From: Mustelus asterias
Taxonomy: Eukaryota
Length of the DNA: 64,000 nt
Assembly: GCF_964213995.1 (NCBI RefSeq)
Contig: NW_027590338.1
Span: forward strand, 124,001 to 188,000
Reading direction: 5' to 3'
Of the stretch, positions 38,690-51,423 are shown in pieces (position 1 is the stretch's first letter; every line of letters begins with the position of its first letter). Both the position numbers and the translations under genes were made by a program. The notes under the pieces are model-generated. The model saw nothing but the letters and a program-made list of their open reading frames with translations, ran no database searches and was not told the origin of the DNA.

Positions 38690-40250
38690 TCCATTGTGAC
38701 GTCTGGAACCTCCGAGCACTCCTTCATTGCGCATGCACCAGACCAGACACCATCCCCAGTAAATATGGCGGCTGTTCACACGGGCCTCTCTCGGGGAAAA
38801 GCCTGAGCAGCTTCCGCCGCTACAAACTCCGCATTGGAGCTTCGGCCCACACGGGATGTTTATGAGGCCTCTAAACCTACCCGCCGGCTCCATCCCTCCC
38901 TCATGACCCATCCCACGGTATCTCACCGGCTGATAATTTCCACAACCGTCTCGATCGTGAGTTCTCATCGGCACTGCGCATGTTCTCAGTCGCAACAGGA
39001 GTTGCGACTGAGAACAGTAGCCATCCTAGACCTTAGGACGGTCGTGCTCGGCCCCGAAACTGCACGCAAACTTGAGACGGCGCAGGCGTGCGGTGGGATC
39101 CCGCCCGAGCGTTCCCCTGTTCGGGCGGAATTCCACATTGGCCCAAAGCCTCAGCCCCCTCCCCTGGGTGAGGTGCCCCACAGCCTGAGCCGCCTCGCGG
39201 AAATGCCCTCCGTGCCTTTTTCTACCGCGCGGAGGCGTTTCCTGTGCGGGCTGCTGCTGCACACCTTCCACTACCGCCTCCTCGCCTGTCGCCCGGATAC
39301 ACCTTGGCGGGCCTTGTTGCCGCCGGGCGGCGGAGGTCCCCGCTGGAGGTCCCTCTACGGAGGGATCTCCCCCAATTACGTCGGGGACCTGGGGTGGAGG
39401 GTGATGCATGCAGCAGTTCCGCACAACCGTAGGATTCACTGGTTCACGGGCTCCGAAGACTGCCCTTTCTGTGGCCTTGTGGAGTCCGTGGACCATGTCT
39501 ATGTTGAGTGTCTTAGGCTGCACTCCCTTTATGTTTTCCTGAAGAACCTTTTATTGATGTTTTGTTTGCACTTCAGTCCCACGCTCCTGATCTACGGACA
39601 CCCGGTGCGGAGAGGGGAGGGTCGGGATGGCGACCTCCTCGTGAACCTGCTCCTGGGCCTGGCGAAACGCGCTATTTACCGGTCCAGGCAGCGGGCGATC
39701 GAGGGGGCCGTCCATCCTGACTGTCTTCCCCTCTACCGCGGCTACGTTCGCGGCCAGGTGTCCCTGGAGAGGGAGCATGCGGTGTCCACGGGCGAGGTTG
39801 ACGCTTTCCGCGCCCGCTGGGCACCGCAGGGGTTGGGGTGCATTATTGACCCTAATAATCACGTTTTAATTTGATGTTTTTTAAGTTTCCTTTGTATTTT
39901 GATTTCTGTTCGGACTGTTCCCCCTCCTTTTTGGGGAGCTGCCCCTTTTACTTTGTCCTGATTTAATTTGAGTTTGTTTACTTGGTTTGACCTAAAAAGA
40001 AAAAAAAACAGGAGTGTTCTGGTCTAGACCCGCCCCTCGTTCACTCCGATTGGCTGGAGGACCAGCCTCTCCTGCTCGGTCCTCCAGCCCCGCCCTCTCT
40101 TTCTATTGGTCCAGAATCGCCGTCAATCACTCCCAGGCATTGTGAACTGGAGCATGCGCAGTGCCGATGTTAGGATCGGGCTGCAAAGCCGCAGGAGCAA
40201 AGCCTCAGAGATTGAAATCAACGGGTTGTTGTAAAGCAGGAGGTCAGGGT
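38690..40250. promoter_or_regulatory. Bidirectional CpG promoter of ZNF-6/ZNF-7, split by a Tx1 insertion
   Basis: TGCGCATG x2, AAATATGGCGGC, GATTGG/TATTGG, CCCGCCCC, AGCATGCGCA on the two sides of the insert. Confidence 0.6.
39017..40006 (+). mobile_element. 5'-truncated L1/Tx1-clade LINE (ORF2 C-terminal zinc knuckle, 3' UTR, poly-A)
   Basis: CPFCGLVESVDHVYVEC motif, A tail, TSD AACAGGAGT at 38994-39002 and 40007-40015; CpG-rich, so probably young. Confidence 0.88.
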
Positions 40251-40409
40251 TCCAGTCAGCAACAACTTCTATTTATTTAAAACCTTTAACATCAGAAATC
40301 ATCCCAGTGCATTTCACATGAACATCCAGATACAGCAGGATATATTAACACATGAGCAAAAGATTGGACAAAGAGGTGAGTTTTAAAGAGTTTTAAGGGA
40401 TTTGATTTA

Positions 40410-41740
40410 ACATTGTCACATTTGATTGATTTGATTTATTATTGTCACAAGTATTACTATGACGTGAAAAGTATTGTTCTTGTGCTAGACAGACAAAAAC
40501 ATACCGTTCATAGAATGCATAGGGGAGAAGGAAAGGAGAGTGTGCAGAATGTAGTGTTACAGTTATAGCTGGGGGTGTATAAGGCAAGTCCATTCAGAAG
40601 TCTGATGACAGCAAGGAAGAAGCTGTGAAGGTAGAGGCGTTGGTGGGCTTTCTTAACCATATCATCAGCGTGGCAGGACCAGGACAGGCTGTTGGTGATC
40701 TGGACACCTAGAAACTTGAAGCTGTCAGCCATTTCCACTTCACCCATTGATGTAGACAGGGGCGTGTCCTTCACTACGCTTCTTGAAGTCAATGACTATC
40801 TCCTTCCTTTTGCTGACATTGAGGGAGAGATTATTGTCACCGCACCAGTTCACCAGATTCTCTCTCACTTTCCTGTACTCCGTCTCATTATTGTTTGAGA
40901 TCCAACCCACTACGGTGGTGTCATCAGCAAACTTGAAAATTGAGTTGAAGGGGAATTTGTCCACACAGTCATAGGTGTATAAGGAGTATATTAAAGGGCT
41001 GAGGACACAGCCTGTGGGCACTTGTGTTGAGGATGATTGTGGAGGTGTTGTTGTTGCCTATTTTTACTGATTGTGGTCTGTGGGTTAGGAAGTTTAGGAT
41101 CCAGTCACAGAGGGAGGAGCTGAGCCCCAGGCCACAGAGTTTGGAGATGAGTTCTGTTAGAATAAAGGTGTTGAAGGTTGAGATGTGGTCAATAGGAGTC
41201 TGACATAAGTGTCTTTGTTATTCAGGTGTTCCAGGTGTTGAGTGTAGGGCCAAGGAGATGGTGTCTGCTATGGACCTATTGCGGTGATAGGCAAACTGTA
41301 GTGGATCCAGGCAATCTGGGAGGCTGAAATTGATTTTGAGCCATGACTAATCTTTTGAAGCACTTCATACTGATGGATGTCAGAGCCACTGGGCAATAGT
41401 CATTAAGGCATGCTGCCTTGCTTTTCTTTAGCATCGGGATGATGTTTGCCTTCTTGAAGCAGATAAGGACCTCAGATTGGTATAAAAAGAGGTTAAAGAT
41501 GTCTACGAATAACCCTGTGAGCTGGTCTGCACAAGATCTGTGTGCTCGCCCGGGTACCCCATTCGGGCTGGTCACTTTCCATGGGTTGACTTTTGAGAAG
41601 GCTGCTCAGATGTCGACAATGGTGAGCTCGAATGGAGGTTTGACAGAGCTTCCCAGATGGAGGGCGTGCTCTCGCTGACCTCTTGCTCAAAACGGGCATA
41701 GAATGCGTTGAGCTCATCGGGGAGAGGTGCAATGGAGACA
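40410..41740 (-). mobile_element. Degraded Rex1/Babar-like LINE RT
   Basis: CLNDYCPVALTS..MKCF, GCVLSPLIYSLYT.DC, KFADDTTVVG; (TCAAA)n-like tail. Confidence 0.8.
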
Positions 41741-42785
41741 GTGATTTTAGCTGCCTGGAGGAGGTTGTTTAGTGTTGAAAGCCAGATGGGAGTGTGTTAT
41801 AATAACTTGGTTTAGAGGTAACAAAGGAATGGATGATTTTGCAGTGGATAAACTGAGGCTAATGTATAATTGGGTGATGTCACGGAGATGAAAATAGGTG
41901 ATTTTGGTGCTGATGTGGATGAGTTTGGAAGATCATCTTGGGTTGAAATATTTCACCATGGTTGTGAACAGTCTGCTTCAGACTCAGACATTTGGCAGGG
42001 ACAGGGATGGAGTTGATGGCGAGAGACTGAAGGAAATGGGCTCAGTCTTGTCATTATTTAAATGGAGGACATTTCCGCTAATTCAATCTTGGATGTCAGA
42101 CAAGTTCAGATGGTGTGTAGCTCGAAGGGGAACTTGCAGATGATGGTGTCCAAATACTCCTGCTGCCCTAGTCCATCCAGGTGGTGGAGGTTGAGGGCAT
42201 AGAAGGTTCTGTCAAATTGTTCTGTCTATAAAATATCTCCCATTTGCCCCCATCTCTCCCACCTTCTCTCTCTGTCACTCTCACTACTTTCTGATTTTCT
42301 CTCTCTTGCTGTCTCTCTTGTGAGATAGATTTCTGTTACCCAGAGGGTTCCATCATTGACTATATTTAATGCTGAGACGATAAGATGTGGCTGAATGGCA
42401 GAGCAGCCTCGACAGGCCGAATGGCCTACCCCTGCTCCTATTTCTTGTGTTCTTGCAGAGGCCAGAGCCTTGGGTAGACTCAGACCGGGTGGCAGGCTTT
42501 CTTCACTGAAGGATATTCGTGACCATTTCAGTTCTGACAAAAGATTGAACAAATTTCATGGTCACTTTTTCCGAGTGCCGGCCCCACAAATGACCAGATA
42601 CATTCAATTCAATTTCACAACCTGCCTTTGTGAGTCTTTCTCATCGCCTTTTTTCTGTTTAAAATCAATTTCACAGATTATCTGAAGCGGAGGATTTCCA
42701 ATCAGAAAACTCAAACCAAACATCCCATCAGGATCAGATGGAGTCACCCAATTTATTGTCAGCTGAATATTTGTGAATTTTGAAC

Positions 42786-43895
42786 ATGGAAGGAAAAGGC
42801 ACTGTTCACAGTGGGGAGAAACAGTGGGAATGTGGGGAGGGATTCAGATCCCCACCCGAACTGGAAACTCATTGGCCCAGACACACCGGGGAGAGGTCAT
42901 TCACTTGCTCCAAGTGTGGGAAGGGATTCTCTCGCTCATCCAGCCTGCTGCAACACCAGCGAGTTCACACTGGAGAGAGACCTTTCAATTGTTCCAACTG
43001 TGGGAAGGGATTCGCTCAGTCAGGCAACCTGCTGAGACACCAGCGAGTTCACACTGGGAAGAGACCATTCACTTGCTCAGAGTGTGGGAAAGGATTCGCT
43101 CGGTCCTCTGACTTGATGGCGCACCAGCGAGTTCACACTGACGAGAGACCATTTAAATGTCCAGACTGTGGGAAGTGCTATAAAAGTTCCCGGGACCTGA
43201 TACTCCATCAACGTGCTCACAGTGACGAGAGGCCATTCAGATGCTCTCATTGTGGGACTGGGTTCAAACAATCATCTCAACTCACTGAGCACCAGCATAC
43301 TCACACCGGGGAGAGGCCATTCACCTGCTCTGTGTGTGGGAATGGGTTCAGTCGGGCATCTAACCTGCGGATACACCAGCGAATTCACACTGGGGAGAAA
43401 CCTTTCACCTGTTCTGAGTGTGGGAAGGGATTCACTCAATTATCCACTCTGTTGAATCACCAGAGTGTTCACAATGAGAAGAGACCATTTCAATGTCCAG
43501 ACTGCAGGAAGTGCTACAAAAGTTCCCGGCAACTGCTCCACCATCAACGAGTTCACACTGAGGAGAGACCTTTTAACTGCCCAGACTGTGAGAAATGCTT
43601 TAAAAGTTCTGGGGAACTGATGCGCCATCGTGTTCACACTGACGAGAAACCATTCAGGTGCTCTCACTGTGACACTGGGTTCAAGACATCATCTGACCTC
43701 ACTGCACATCAGCGAGTTCACACTGGGGAGCGACCATTCACCTGCTCCCAGTGTGGGAAGGGATTCACTCAGTCATCCTCCCTGCTGACACACCAGCGAG
43801 TTCACACCAGGGAAAGGCCGTTCACCTGCCCCAAGTGTGGGAAGAGATTCACTCAGTCATCCAACCTGCTGAGACACCAGCGAATTCACAAATAA
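42786..43895 (+). CDS. C2H2 zinc-finger protein, 12 fingers plus one degenerate (ZNF-7)
   Basis: [12 protein letters not shown] start; one finger has a 1-codon deletion (LMRHRVH). Confidence 0.88.
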   Translation: MEGKGTVHSGEKQWECGEGFRSPPELETHWPRHTGERSFTCSKCGKGFSRSSSLLQHQRVHTGERPFNCSNCGKGFAQSGNLLRHQRVHTGKRPFTCSECGKGFARSSDLMAHQRVHTDERPFKCPDCGKCYKSSRDLILHQRAHSDERPFRCSHCGTGFKQSSQLTEHQHTHTGERPFTCSVCGNGFSRASNLRIHQRIHTGEKPFTCSECGKGFTQLSTLLNHQSVHNEKRPFQCPDCRKCYKSSRQLLHHQRVHTEERPFNCPDCEKCFKSSGELMRHRVHTDEKPFRCSHCDTGFKTSSDLTAHQRVHTGERPFTCSQCGKGFTQSSSLLTHQRVHTRERPFTCPKCGKRFTQSSNLLRHQRIHK

Positions 43896-43959
43896 TTTCA
43901 ATAAATTAGCTTTGTGTTAACAGTGTTTAACCTTTTAACATTTTTAACATATGTTATTT

Positions 43960-44490
43960 CCTTTCGAAGGGTTCTCACGCTCCCCTGTCTCTTCCATCCT
44001 CACCTCCAAGTGTGAGGAGCTCATGGAGCTTCTTTGTGAGATTGGGACAATCTGATCAGCTGCCTCTGCTGCTTCCCTCCCTTCCACAAGCCCACCGGGA
44101 CAAACCATGTCTAAGGTTCCATCTTGCCCAAGCCCAGAACCTATAGTTTCCTCCAGTTTCTCTCCTATCTCCCTTCATGCCCTCTGCATCTTGTCCATGA
44201 GACCCGCCTTGTGCTCCATCAATCCTATTCTCACTAAACTGCTGATCATCCACCTTCCCCACATTAGGTGATATTGTTGACGGTTCTCTTTTCTCTCACA
44301 CTGTCCCTCTCACTTTCAAATCCACTGTCATCACCAATCCTAAAAAAACACTCAATCCCATAGTCTTTGCCAACTACTACCCCATCTCCAACCTCTCTTT
44401 CCTCTCCAAAGCCCCTGCACTAGGTGTCCCCCAAGTGTTTATCCTTTGCCCCTCCTGTTTCTCATCTACATGCCGCCACAGGGTGACATA
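43960..44490 (+). mobile_element. L2-like LINE fragment (old)
   Basis: Remnant NYYPISNLSFLSK and GVPQ; related antisense pieces at ~37480-37730 and 41750-42150. Confidence 0.6.
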
Positions 44491-44659
44491 ATACAGATAG
44501 ACTGTTGTCTATCTTCTTCCTACTCAGCTTCTCTGAGCTGTGAACCGGGCAGCTGAAAGCTGATACTTATTAACTTTTTCTGGACACAGCCCCTTGTACA
44601 TGATCAATGGTGTTCCTGAACTCTGGTTCACATGATCAGTCTCTGATTGATTTAATTCC

Positions 44660-44980
44660 ATCTACAGGTCCAGGCAGAGGGCGATCGAGAGGGTCTCCAA
44701 CCTGTCTGCCCCCTCTACCGCAGCTATATTCATGGCCAGGTGTCCCTGGAAAGGGAGCATGCGGTGTCCAAGGGCACCACTGAAGCCTTCCGTGCCCACA
44801 GGGCACTGCAGGGACTGGGGTGTGTTATTGACCCCTTTAATCACATTTTAATTTGATGTTTTAAGTTTCCTTTCCACTTTGTTTTTTGTTTCGGGCGGTT
44901 CCCCTCCTTTTAGAGAGCTGCCACTTTTGAGTTGTCCCGAAGTTAAGCTGATTTTGTTTATTTGGTTGGACACAAGAAAG
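44660..44980 (+). mobile_element. Second Tx1-family 3' fragment
   Basis: Aligns with 39675-40000. Confidence 0.8.
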
Positions 44981-45990
44981 ATGTCCCTGATTGATGTCGT
45001 TGGTGCGTAATCAGTTTCTGATTGGTTTCTTCATGGTGATGGTCATCTACCGATCATTTCCTGCAACCTCCTGGCTGGCCCTCTAATGTATCAGTTACTT
45101 TCGGAGTCTGCCCCACGTTATAACCTTTCCTGTCATTTTATTAAATTTTATGGCTTTGTACTGAGATAATGGGGACCGAAAGATATCTTCTTTGTCACTT
45201 ATTTGAAATAAGCAAGTTTATGGTGTCAAATCCCAATGGTTAACATTTGGGCTCATTGTCTCAAATGTCTCATTGATGTGCAGGAATCCTGTAGAGTTCT
45301 CATTGGGGCAGGTGACCATCAGTGTATTTTGGTTAAAGAAAGTGCTTGCTGGTTTTTGTAGTGGTTGCCAGAGCTTGGAACACAGTTAATTAAAAGGACA
45401 CAAAATGACACACAGCCTTAAACTAATACAGAAATGACAAAGTTACTTCAGATCTGAAATCCAAAGAAAGTGGGCATCAAATCAGTGTGTAAAAGGTGAG
45501 ATAGCTGGAAACACAAATACAGTATGATACATTCAATTGATAAATGTTCAAAACTAATTAGTCAGAATAACTACTGTGTTACGAAAACTGGAGAACTGAA
45601 ATCTTTAATTTTTCAAACCAAATATGGTGATTTGGTGTGAAGGAAAGTGATTGCTTCTTTTAAGATATTACAAGTTAAAAGATTAAACTAATTTATGACA
45701 CAGTGCTGAAGGTTTGAAACTTCACAGCTGGTTTCTTCACACAATATGGCCTCTAACTCAAGTATAACTGTTGTTGTCAATGGCTGACGGGTAACAGTTC
45801 CAGACCTCAGCTCATCCAGAGTTGATGGGATCCACAGGACTCTGTAATTAAAGTATAAAAGTGTAGCTTTACACCGGCCTCGGGTCATGTGATGTATTTC
45901 ACTTGTCAAATAAGGATGCAGCTACAGACAAAGCCAGTTACATGATACTAACGTATTACAATTAAGCAGAATATTACAGCAGATTAGAAT

Positions 45991-46323
45991 GTCATAGAAG
46001 CCCTACAGTGCAGAAAGAAGCCATTTGGCCCATCAAGTCGGCACCGACCACAATCCCATCCCTGCCCTACCCCCTTATCCCTACATATTTACCCACTAAT
46101 CCCTCTAAGCTACGCATCTCAGGACACTAAGGAGCAATTTTACCATGGCCAATCAACCTAACCCGCACATCTTTGGACTGTGGGAGGAAACCGGAGCACC
46201 CGGAGGAAACCCACGCAGACACGAGGAGAATGTGCAAACTCCACACAGACAGCGACCCAAGCTGGGAATCGAACCCAGGTCCCTGGAGCTGTGAAGCAGC
46301 AGTGCTAACCACTGTGCCATCGT
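45991..46323 (-). mobile_element. HE1-like SINE
   Basis: Matches the other copies. Confidence 0.82.
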
Positions 46324-46469
46324 GATTAATAAGCTTCAATTACTTGATTATTACACATAACTAAGCTACAAACTATTAAATATGACCGTTCCTACAGTCG
46401 AACAGTCCAGTCAAGCAACAGGCTGACACAGACATACTTTGAATCATATCTTACTGCCAATGTCTCACA

Positions 46470-47610
46470 GGAACAAGGAGCAGGATTCGGCTATTTGGCC
46501 CCTTGAGTCTGCTCCACCATTTAATCAGATCAGGGTTGATCTGATAGTAACTTTAAATCTGCATCCTGCCTACCCCCAATAATCTATCACCCACTTGCTT
46601 GCCAAGAATCTATCTACATCTGCCTTAAAAATCTTCAAAGACTCTGCTTCCACCGCCTTTTCAGAAGAGTGTTCCAGAGACTCTGAAAGAAAATATTTCA
46701 CCTCATCTCCGTTTTAAATGTGCGAACCCTTATTTTTAAACAGGGACCCAGAGCTCTAGATTCTCACACAAGAGGAAACATCCTTTCCACATCAACCTGT
46801 CAAGACCCTTCAGGATCTTCTATGTTTCGATCAAATTTATCTTACTCTTCTAAACTCCAGCAGACACAAACCTAGCCTGTCCAAGCTTTACCCATAATCC
46901 ACACATTTCTGACATTAGTCTGGTCAATCGACTGCTTCCAATGTATTTACATCCTTGCTTAAACAAGATGACCAATACTGTACACCGTACTTCAGATGTG
47001 GTCTCACTGGTGCTCTGGATAACTGAAGCATAACCTCCATATTTATGTAATCAATTCCCCTCACAAATGATAGCTTTCCTAATTACTTGCTTTACCTGCT
47101 TACGAGCTTTTTGTAATTCATGCAAAAAACAAAGAACAGCACAGGAACAGGCCCTTCGGTCTACGCTGATCACATTGTCCTATCGAGACCAACCGCTTAT
47201 ATCCCTCTATTCCCCATCTGTTCATGTGTCTATCCAGATAAGACTTAAATGTCACTAACGTGTCTGCCTCAACCACCTCACTTGGCACTGCATTCCAGGC
47301 CCCCACCACCCTCTGTGTAAAAAACCTTCCCCCGCACATCTCCACTGAACCTTTCCCCCTTATCTTGAACTTGTGCCCTCTTGTAATTGTCATTTCTGCC
47401 CTGGGAAAAAGCTCCCAACTGTTCACCCTATCCATGCCCCTCATAATTTTATAAATGTCTATCAGGTCGCACCTCAGCCTCCATCTTTCCAGGGAGAACA
47501 ATCCCAGTTTATTCAATCTCTAGGACACTCAGATCCCTCTGCATCTCAGAGCTCGACAATCTCTCAGCATTTAGATAATCTGCTTCCCTTTTATCCTTCC
47601 TGCCAAAATG
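46470..47610 (-). mobile_element. Nested CR1 3' fragments
   Basis: ORF 47118-47516 (LGLFSLERWRLR..FFTQRVVGAWN) lies inside an older CR1. Confidence 0.75.
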
Positions 47611-47699
47611 TCCTGTCCTCCCAGCAGTTCAGACCTGAGTAGAGGGAGCAGCACAGAGGTGGACAGTGCAAGTGAGTCATCCTGGGAGTCCTCAACTTG

Positions 47700-48062
47700 A
47701 AATTCTTTTTTATTCATTCGTGGGAAATGGGCATTGCTGGATGGCCAGCATTTATGGCCCAGTCCTTGTTGCCCTTGAACTGACTGACTTGCGAGGCCAT
47801 TTCAGAGGGAGTCACATGTAGGCCAGACCGGGTAAGGAGAGCAGATTTCCTTCCCTAAAGGGCATTAGTGAGCCAGATGGGTTTTTTATGATAATCAACA
47901 ATGGTTTTATGGTCATCAATAAATTCTTAATTCCAGATTTTTTTCATTGAATTCAAATTCCACCAACTGATGTGGCAGGATTCGAAACCCGGTCCCCAAA
48001 TCATTAGCTGAGTTTCTGGATTAATAGTTCAGCAATAATACCACCAAGTCATCACCTCCCCT
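47700..48062 (-). mobile_element. SacSINE1/DeuSINE-like element
   Basis: Reverse match to 28989-29378. Confidence 0.75.
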
Positions 48063-48706
48063 AGTTCAAGATGGAGTGTAGGAGAACAAGTCAGGAGCAG
48101 CACGAGGCACCCTAAAACTGAGATTCCAATCTGGTGACTCTATAACACGGGACCATAAGCATGCTAAACAGCAGAGGCAGCATGTCCCAGGCAGGACCAA
48201 GTGATCCCACAAACAACGGATCAGATCAAAGCTGCAGTCCCCCCACATCCAGTCGTGAATGGTGGGGGACAATTAAACAAATCACAGAGAGAGAAAGCTC
48301 CACAAACATCACCATCCTGAATGACTGGGGAAAGAAGTGGATCAGTGAAAACAACTGTGATTTGTGTTTGGTGATCACGGATGTGTTACTGATGCCTTCC
48401 ATAGATTCCAAGGCCAGGAAAGACACTCTGGAAGGTATGGGGAGCTGGGACTTGTCCAGGAGAGTAACAAGGTATGAAAACTGAAATAATCTAGAACTAG
48501 AAAGGAGAAAAGGTCACAAAAATGCAGCAATTGGTAACAAGACATTGATTAATCTTTTCTTGTCCTGAAGAAATGAAGGTCTCAGCTTTGTGTCTTTAAA
48601 CAATATTAGTTAATTTGACATTTATCCGGAGTAATAAACTCCAGCCCAGTTATAGCAATCACAAACATCAGCAAAAACACACCCCAACTGTCAGAATGAA
48701 CATGGT

Positions 48707-49768
48707 TCAGTCCTGGATGTGATTGACAGCAGCAATAACAGCAGAATCCAATTCCTCCAGACACTTGCCAATTTGTTGGTGTGTTAGAAGATGGGTTGAC
48801 TGAGTGAATCCCATCTCACACTCAGAGAAGGTGAACGGTCTCTCTCCATTGTGAGTGTGTTGGTGTCTCAGCAGGTGGGATGAGTGAGAAAATCCCATTC
48901 TGCACTCAGAGCAAGTGAACGGTTTCTCCCCGGTGTGAATGTGCTGGTGTGTTCGCAGGTTGGATGAGCGAGTGAATCCCTTTCCACAGTCAGAGCAGGT
49001 GAACGGTCTCTCCCCAGTGTGAACTTGTTGGTGTCTCAGCAGAACACTTGAGGTCTTAAAGCTCTTCTCACATTCAGAACATCTGAAAGGTTTCTTATCT
49101 GAGTGAACAAGTTGGTGTGATCTGAGGCTGGTTAAATAAATGAATCCTTTTCCACACAAGGAGCAGGTGAACGACCTCTCCCCAGTGTGAACTCGCTGGT
49201 GTTTCTGGAGGCTGGATAACAGAGTGAATCCCTTCCCACACACTGTACATCTGAATGGCCTCTCCTCATTGTGAACTCGCTGGTGTATCAGCAGATCACT
49301 TGTGGTTTTATAACTCTTCTCACATTCGGAACATTTGAAAGGTCTGTTATCAGTGTGAACCAGTCGGTGTGTAGCGAGGTGGGATGATCGTGTGAATCCC
49401 TTCCCACACACAGAGCAGGTGAACGGCCTTTCCCCAGTATGAGTGCGTTTGTGTTCAATGAGATTCTGTGATCGCTTAAATAACTTCCCACAGTAAGAGC
49501 AGCAGAACTGTTTCTCGGTGTGAATAGATTGGTGCGTGACCAGGTCCTCAGGGCTTTTAGAGCTGTGATCACCGTCAGCATGGTTAAAAAGCCTCTCTTC
49601 AATGTGAACTTGCTGGTGGGTCAGCAGGTGGGATGACTGAATGAATCCCTTCCCACACATGGAGCAGGTGAATGGTCTCTCCCCAGTGTGACTGCGCCGA
49701 TGCATTTCCAGCAGAGATGGGTAACTGAATCCCTTCCCACAGTCCCCACATTTCCATGGTTTCTCCAT
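48707..49768 (-). CDS. C2H2 zinc-finger protein, 10 intact + 2 degenerate fingers, C-terminal LDSAVIAAVNHIQD tail (ZNF-8)
   Basis: ATG-initiated 353-aa ORF starting MEKPWKC. Confidence 0.88.
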   Translation of the reverse strand: MEKPWKCGDCGKGFSYPSLLEMHRRSHTGERPFTCSMCGKGFIQSSHLLTHQQVHIEERLFNHADGDHSSKSPEDLVTHQSIHTEKQFCCSYCGKLFKRSQNLIEHKRTHTGERPFTCSVCGKGFTRSSHLATHRLVHTDNRPFKCSECEKSYKTTSDLLIHQRVHNEERPFRCTVCGKGFTLLSSLQKHQRVHTGERSFTCSLCGKGFIYLTSLRSHQLVHSDKKPFRCSECEKSFKTSSVLLRHQQVHTGERPFTCSDCGKGFTRSSNLRTHQHIHTGEKPFTCSECRMGFSHSSHLLRHQHTHNGERPFTFSECEMGFTQSTHLLTHQQIGKCLEELDSAVIAAVNHIQD

Positions 49769-51236
49769 GGTGCAGGTGTTCTTGTCTGTTCAAGCCTTGT
49801 CCACACACAACATGTGTATTGCTTCTAAGTAAGGCTATTAAGGGTTATGGGACAAGGCAGAAAATTGGATTGTCATATCATATCAGCCGTGATCTCATTG
49901 AATGGAGGAGCAGACTCGATGAGTCCAATGGCCTAATTCTGATCCTAATTCTTATGATCTTATTGTTCTCTGCTGTGAATGGTGTGATGTTTCTTTCAGG
50001 CTGTGTAACTGGTTAAAGCTCTTTCCAGTCAGTTCACTCTCACTCAGGTGTATGTCTCGGCGCTTTTCCAGTCACACTGATGTTTGAAATTGTTCCCCAC
50101 CGCCAGAACAGACAAACATTTCTCCTTCCACATTTAAAGGTCGATGATATTCAGGTTCTGATGAATTGAGTGACTCTGTCAGCTCTTGATGTGATGTTTG
50201 GTTTCAGTTTCCCATCTGCAATTCATCGTCCTTGTGGACCTTGTAAAAGACATTGACAGAGTCAGTATCGCTGTCAGCACAGGATAGAAATTCAGAACAA
50301 ACAATTCTAGTTTCCATGGAATATTATTTCAAATCTTGTTTCCCCAAATCTTGTGGTCCAATCGAACTTCCATCTGAACTAAACCAGAACTTTGTTTCCA
50401 GTGTTTGTGAGACACTCTGTACCCTGAGTTGCGGAAGATATCGAGTGTTCCAGTCGACACTGTCTGCTCCCTCTCCAGGACCACACGAGCATGGACAAGA
50501 AAGTTAAAGTTTACTTTTATTAGTCACAAGTAAGGCTTGCAGTAACACTGTAATGAAGTTACTGTGAAACCACAGAAGAACCACAGCCAAGTTACCCTCT
50601 GCTGAACTACAAATTACTGTTTTAACCAGCCCCAAGAACAGGTCCAGGAAAAGATCCTCTGACCTCCCCAGTCTCCTCCACACTGGGCAGTCAACGAACA
50701 GGAGCGTGGGGCAGAACAGAATTGTAACTAAAAGTGGAGAAGCAGCTCCTTCAGGGGTTGCAATCTCTCACACTGAATATGTACATGGCTCATGGATTTC
50801 TCAAGGCTGCAAATTAATTTAAAGAGGAGAAAAAACAGTGATAAACACAAAGGCAGGTTGTGAAATTGAGCTGAATGAATCCGGTAATTTGTGGAGCCGG
50901 CACAAGGAAGAAGTGACTCCGGAAGCTGCTGGATTGTGATTAAAAACCCAAATGGTTTGTTAATGTCCTTCAATGCAGGAAACCTGCCACCCAGTCCAGA
51001 TCTACACAAGAATTCAGCCTCAATGGGAGGAGAAAGATAAAGATGAAACAGGGAGGGAATGAATGGTAAGGACTTTATACATCTACAACTGGACAAGAAC
51101 TTTGACAGAACCTGCCAAACCACAGCCTTCACCAACTCAAAGGATGCAGGAAAACTATCACCTCAAAATGTCATTTTCAATCTCAAATCTCAAAACAACT
51201 TGTAATCCTGAGATAACTGTATCCTCCTGCGTTTAA

Positions 51237-51423
51237 CGGGCAATTTAGCATAGCCAATCCACCTAACCTGTACACCTTTGGGGTGTGGGAGGAAACCGGA
51301 GCACCTGAAGGAAACTCATGCAGTCACAGAGAGAACGTGCAAACTCCACACAGTCACCCAAAGCTGGAATCAAACCTGGGTCCCTGGTGCTGTGAGACAG
51401 CAGTGCTGACCACTGTGCCACCC
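51237..51423 (-). mobile_element. HE1-like SINE 5' portion
   Basis: Matches the other copies. Confidence 0.75.

Noticed and set aside
38834-39874. 346-aa host gene
   Set aside because: TTG-started chance fusion of promoter DNA with a truncated Tx1 ORF2 bounded by a TSD and poly-A.
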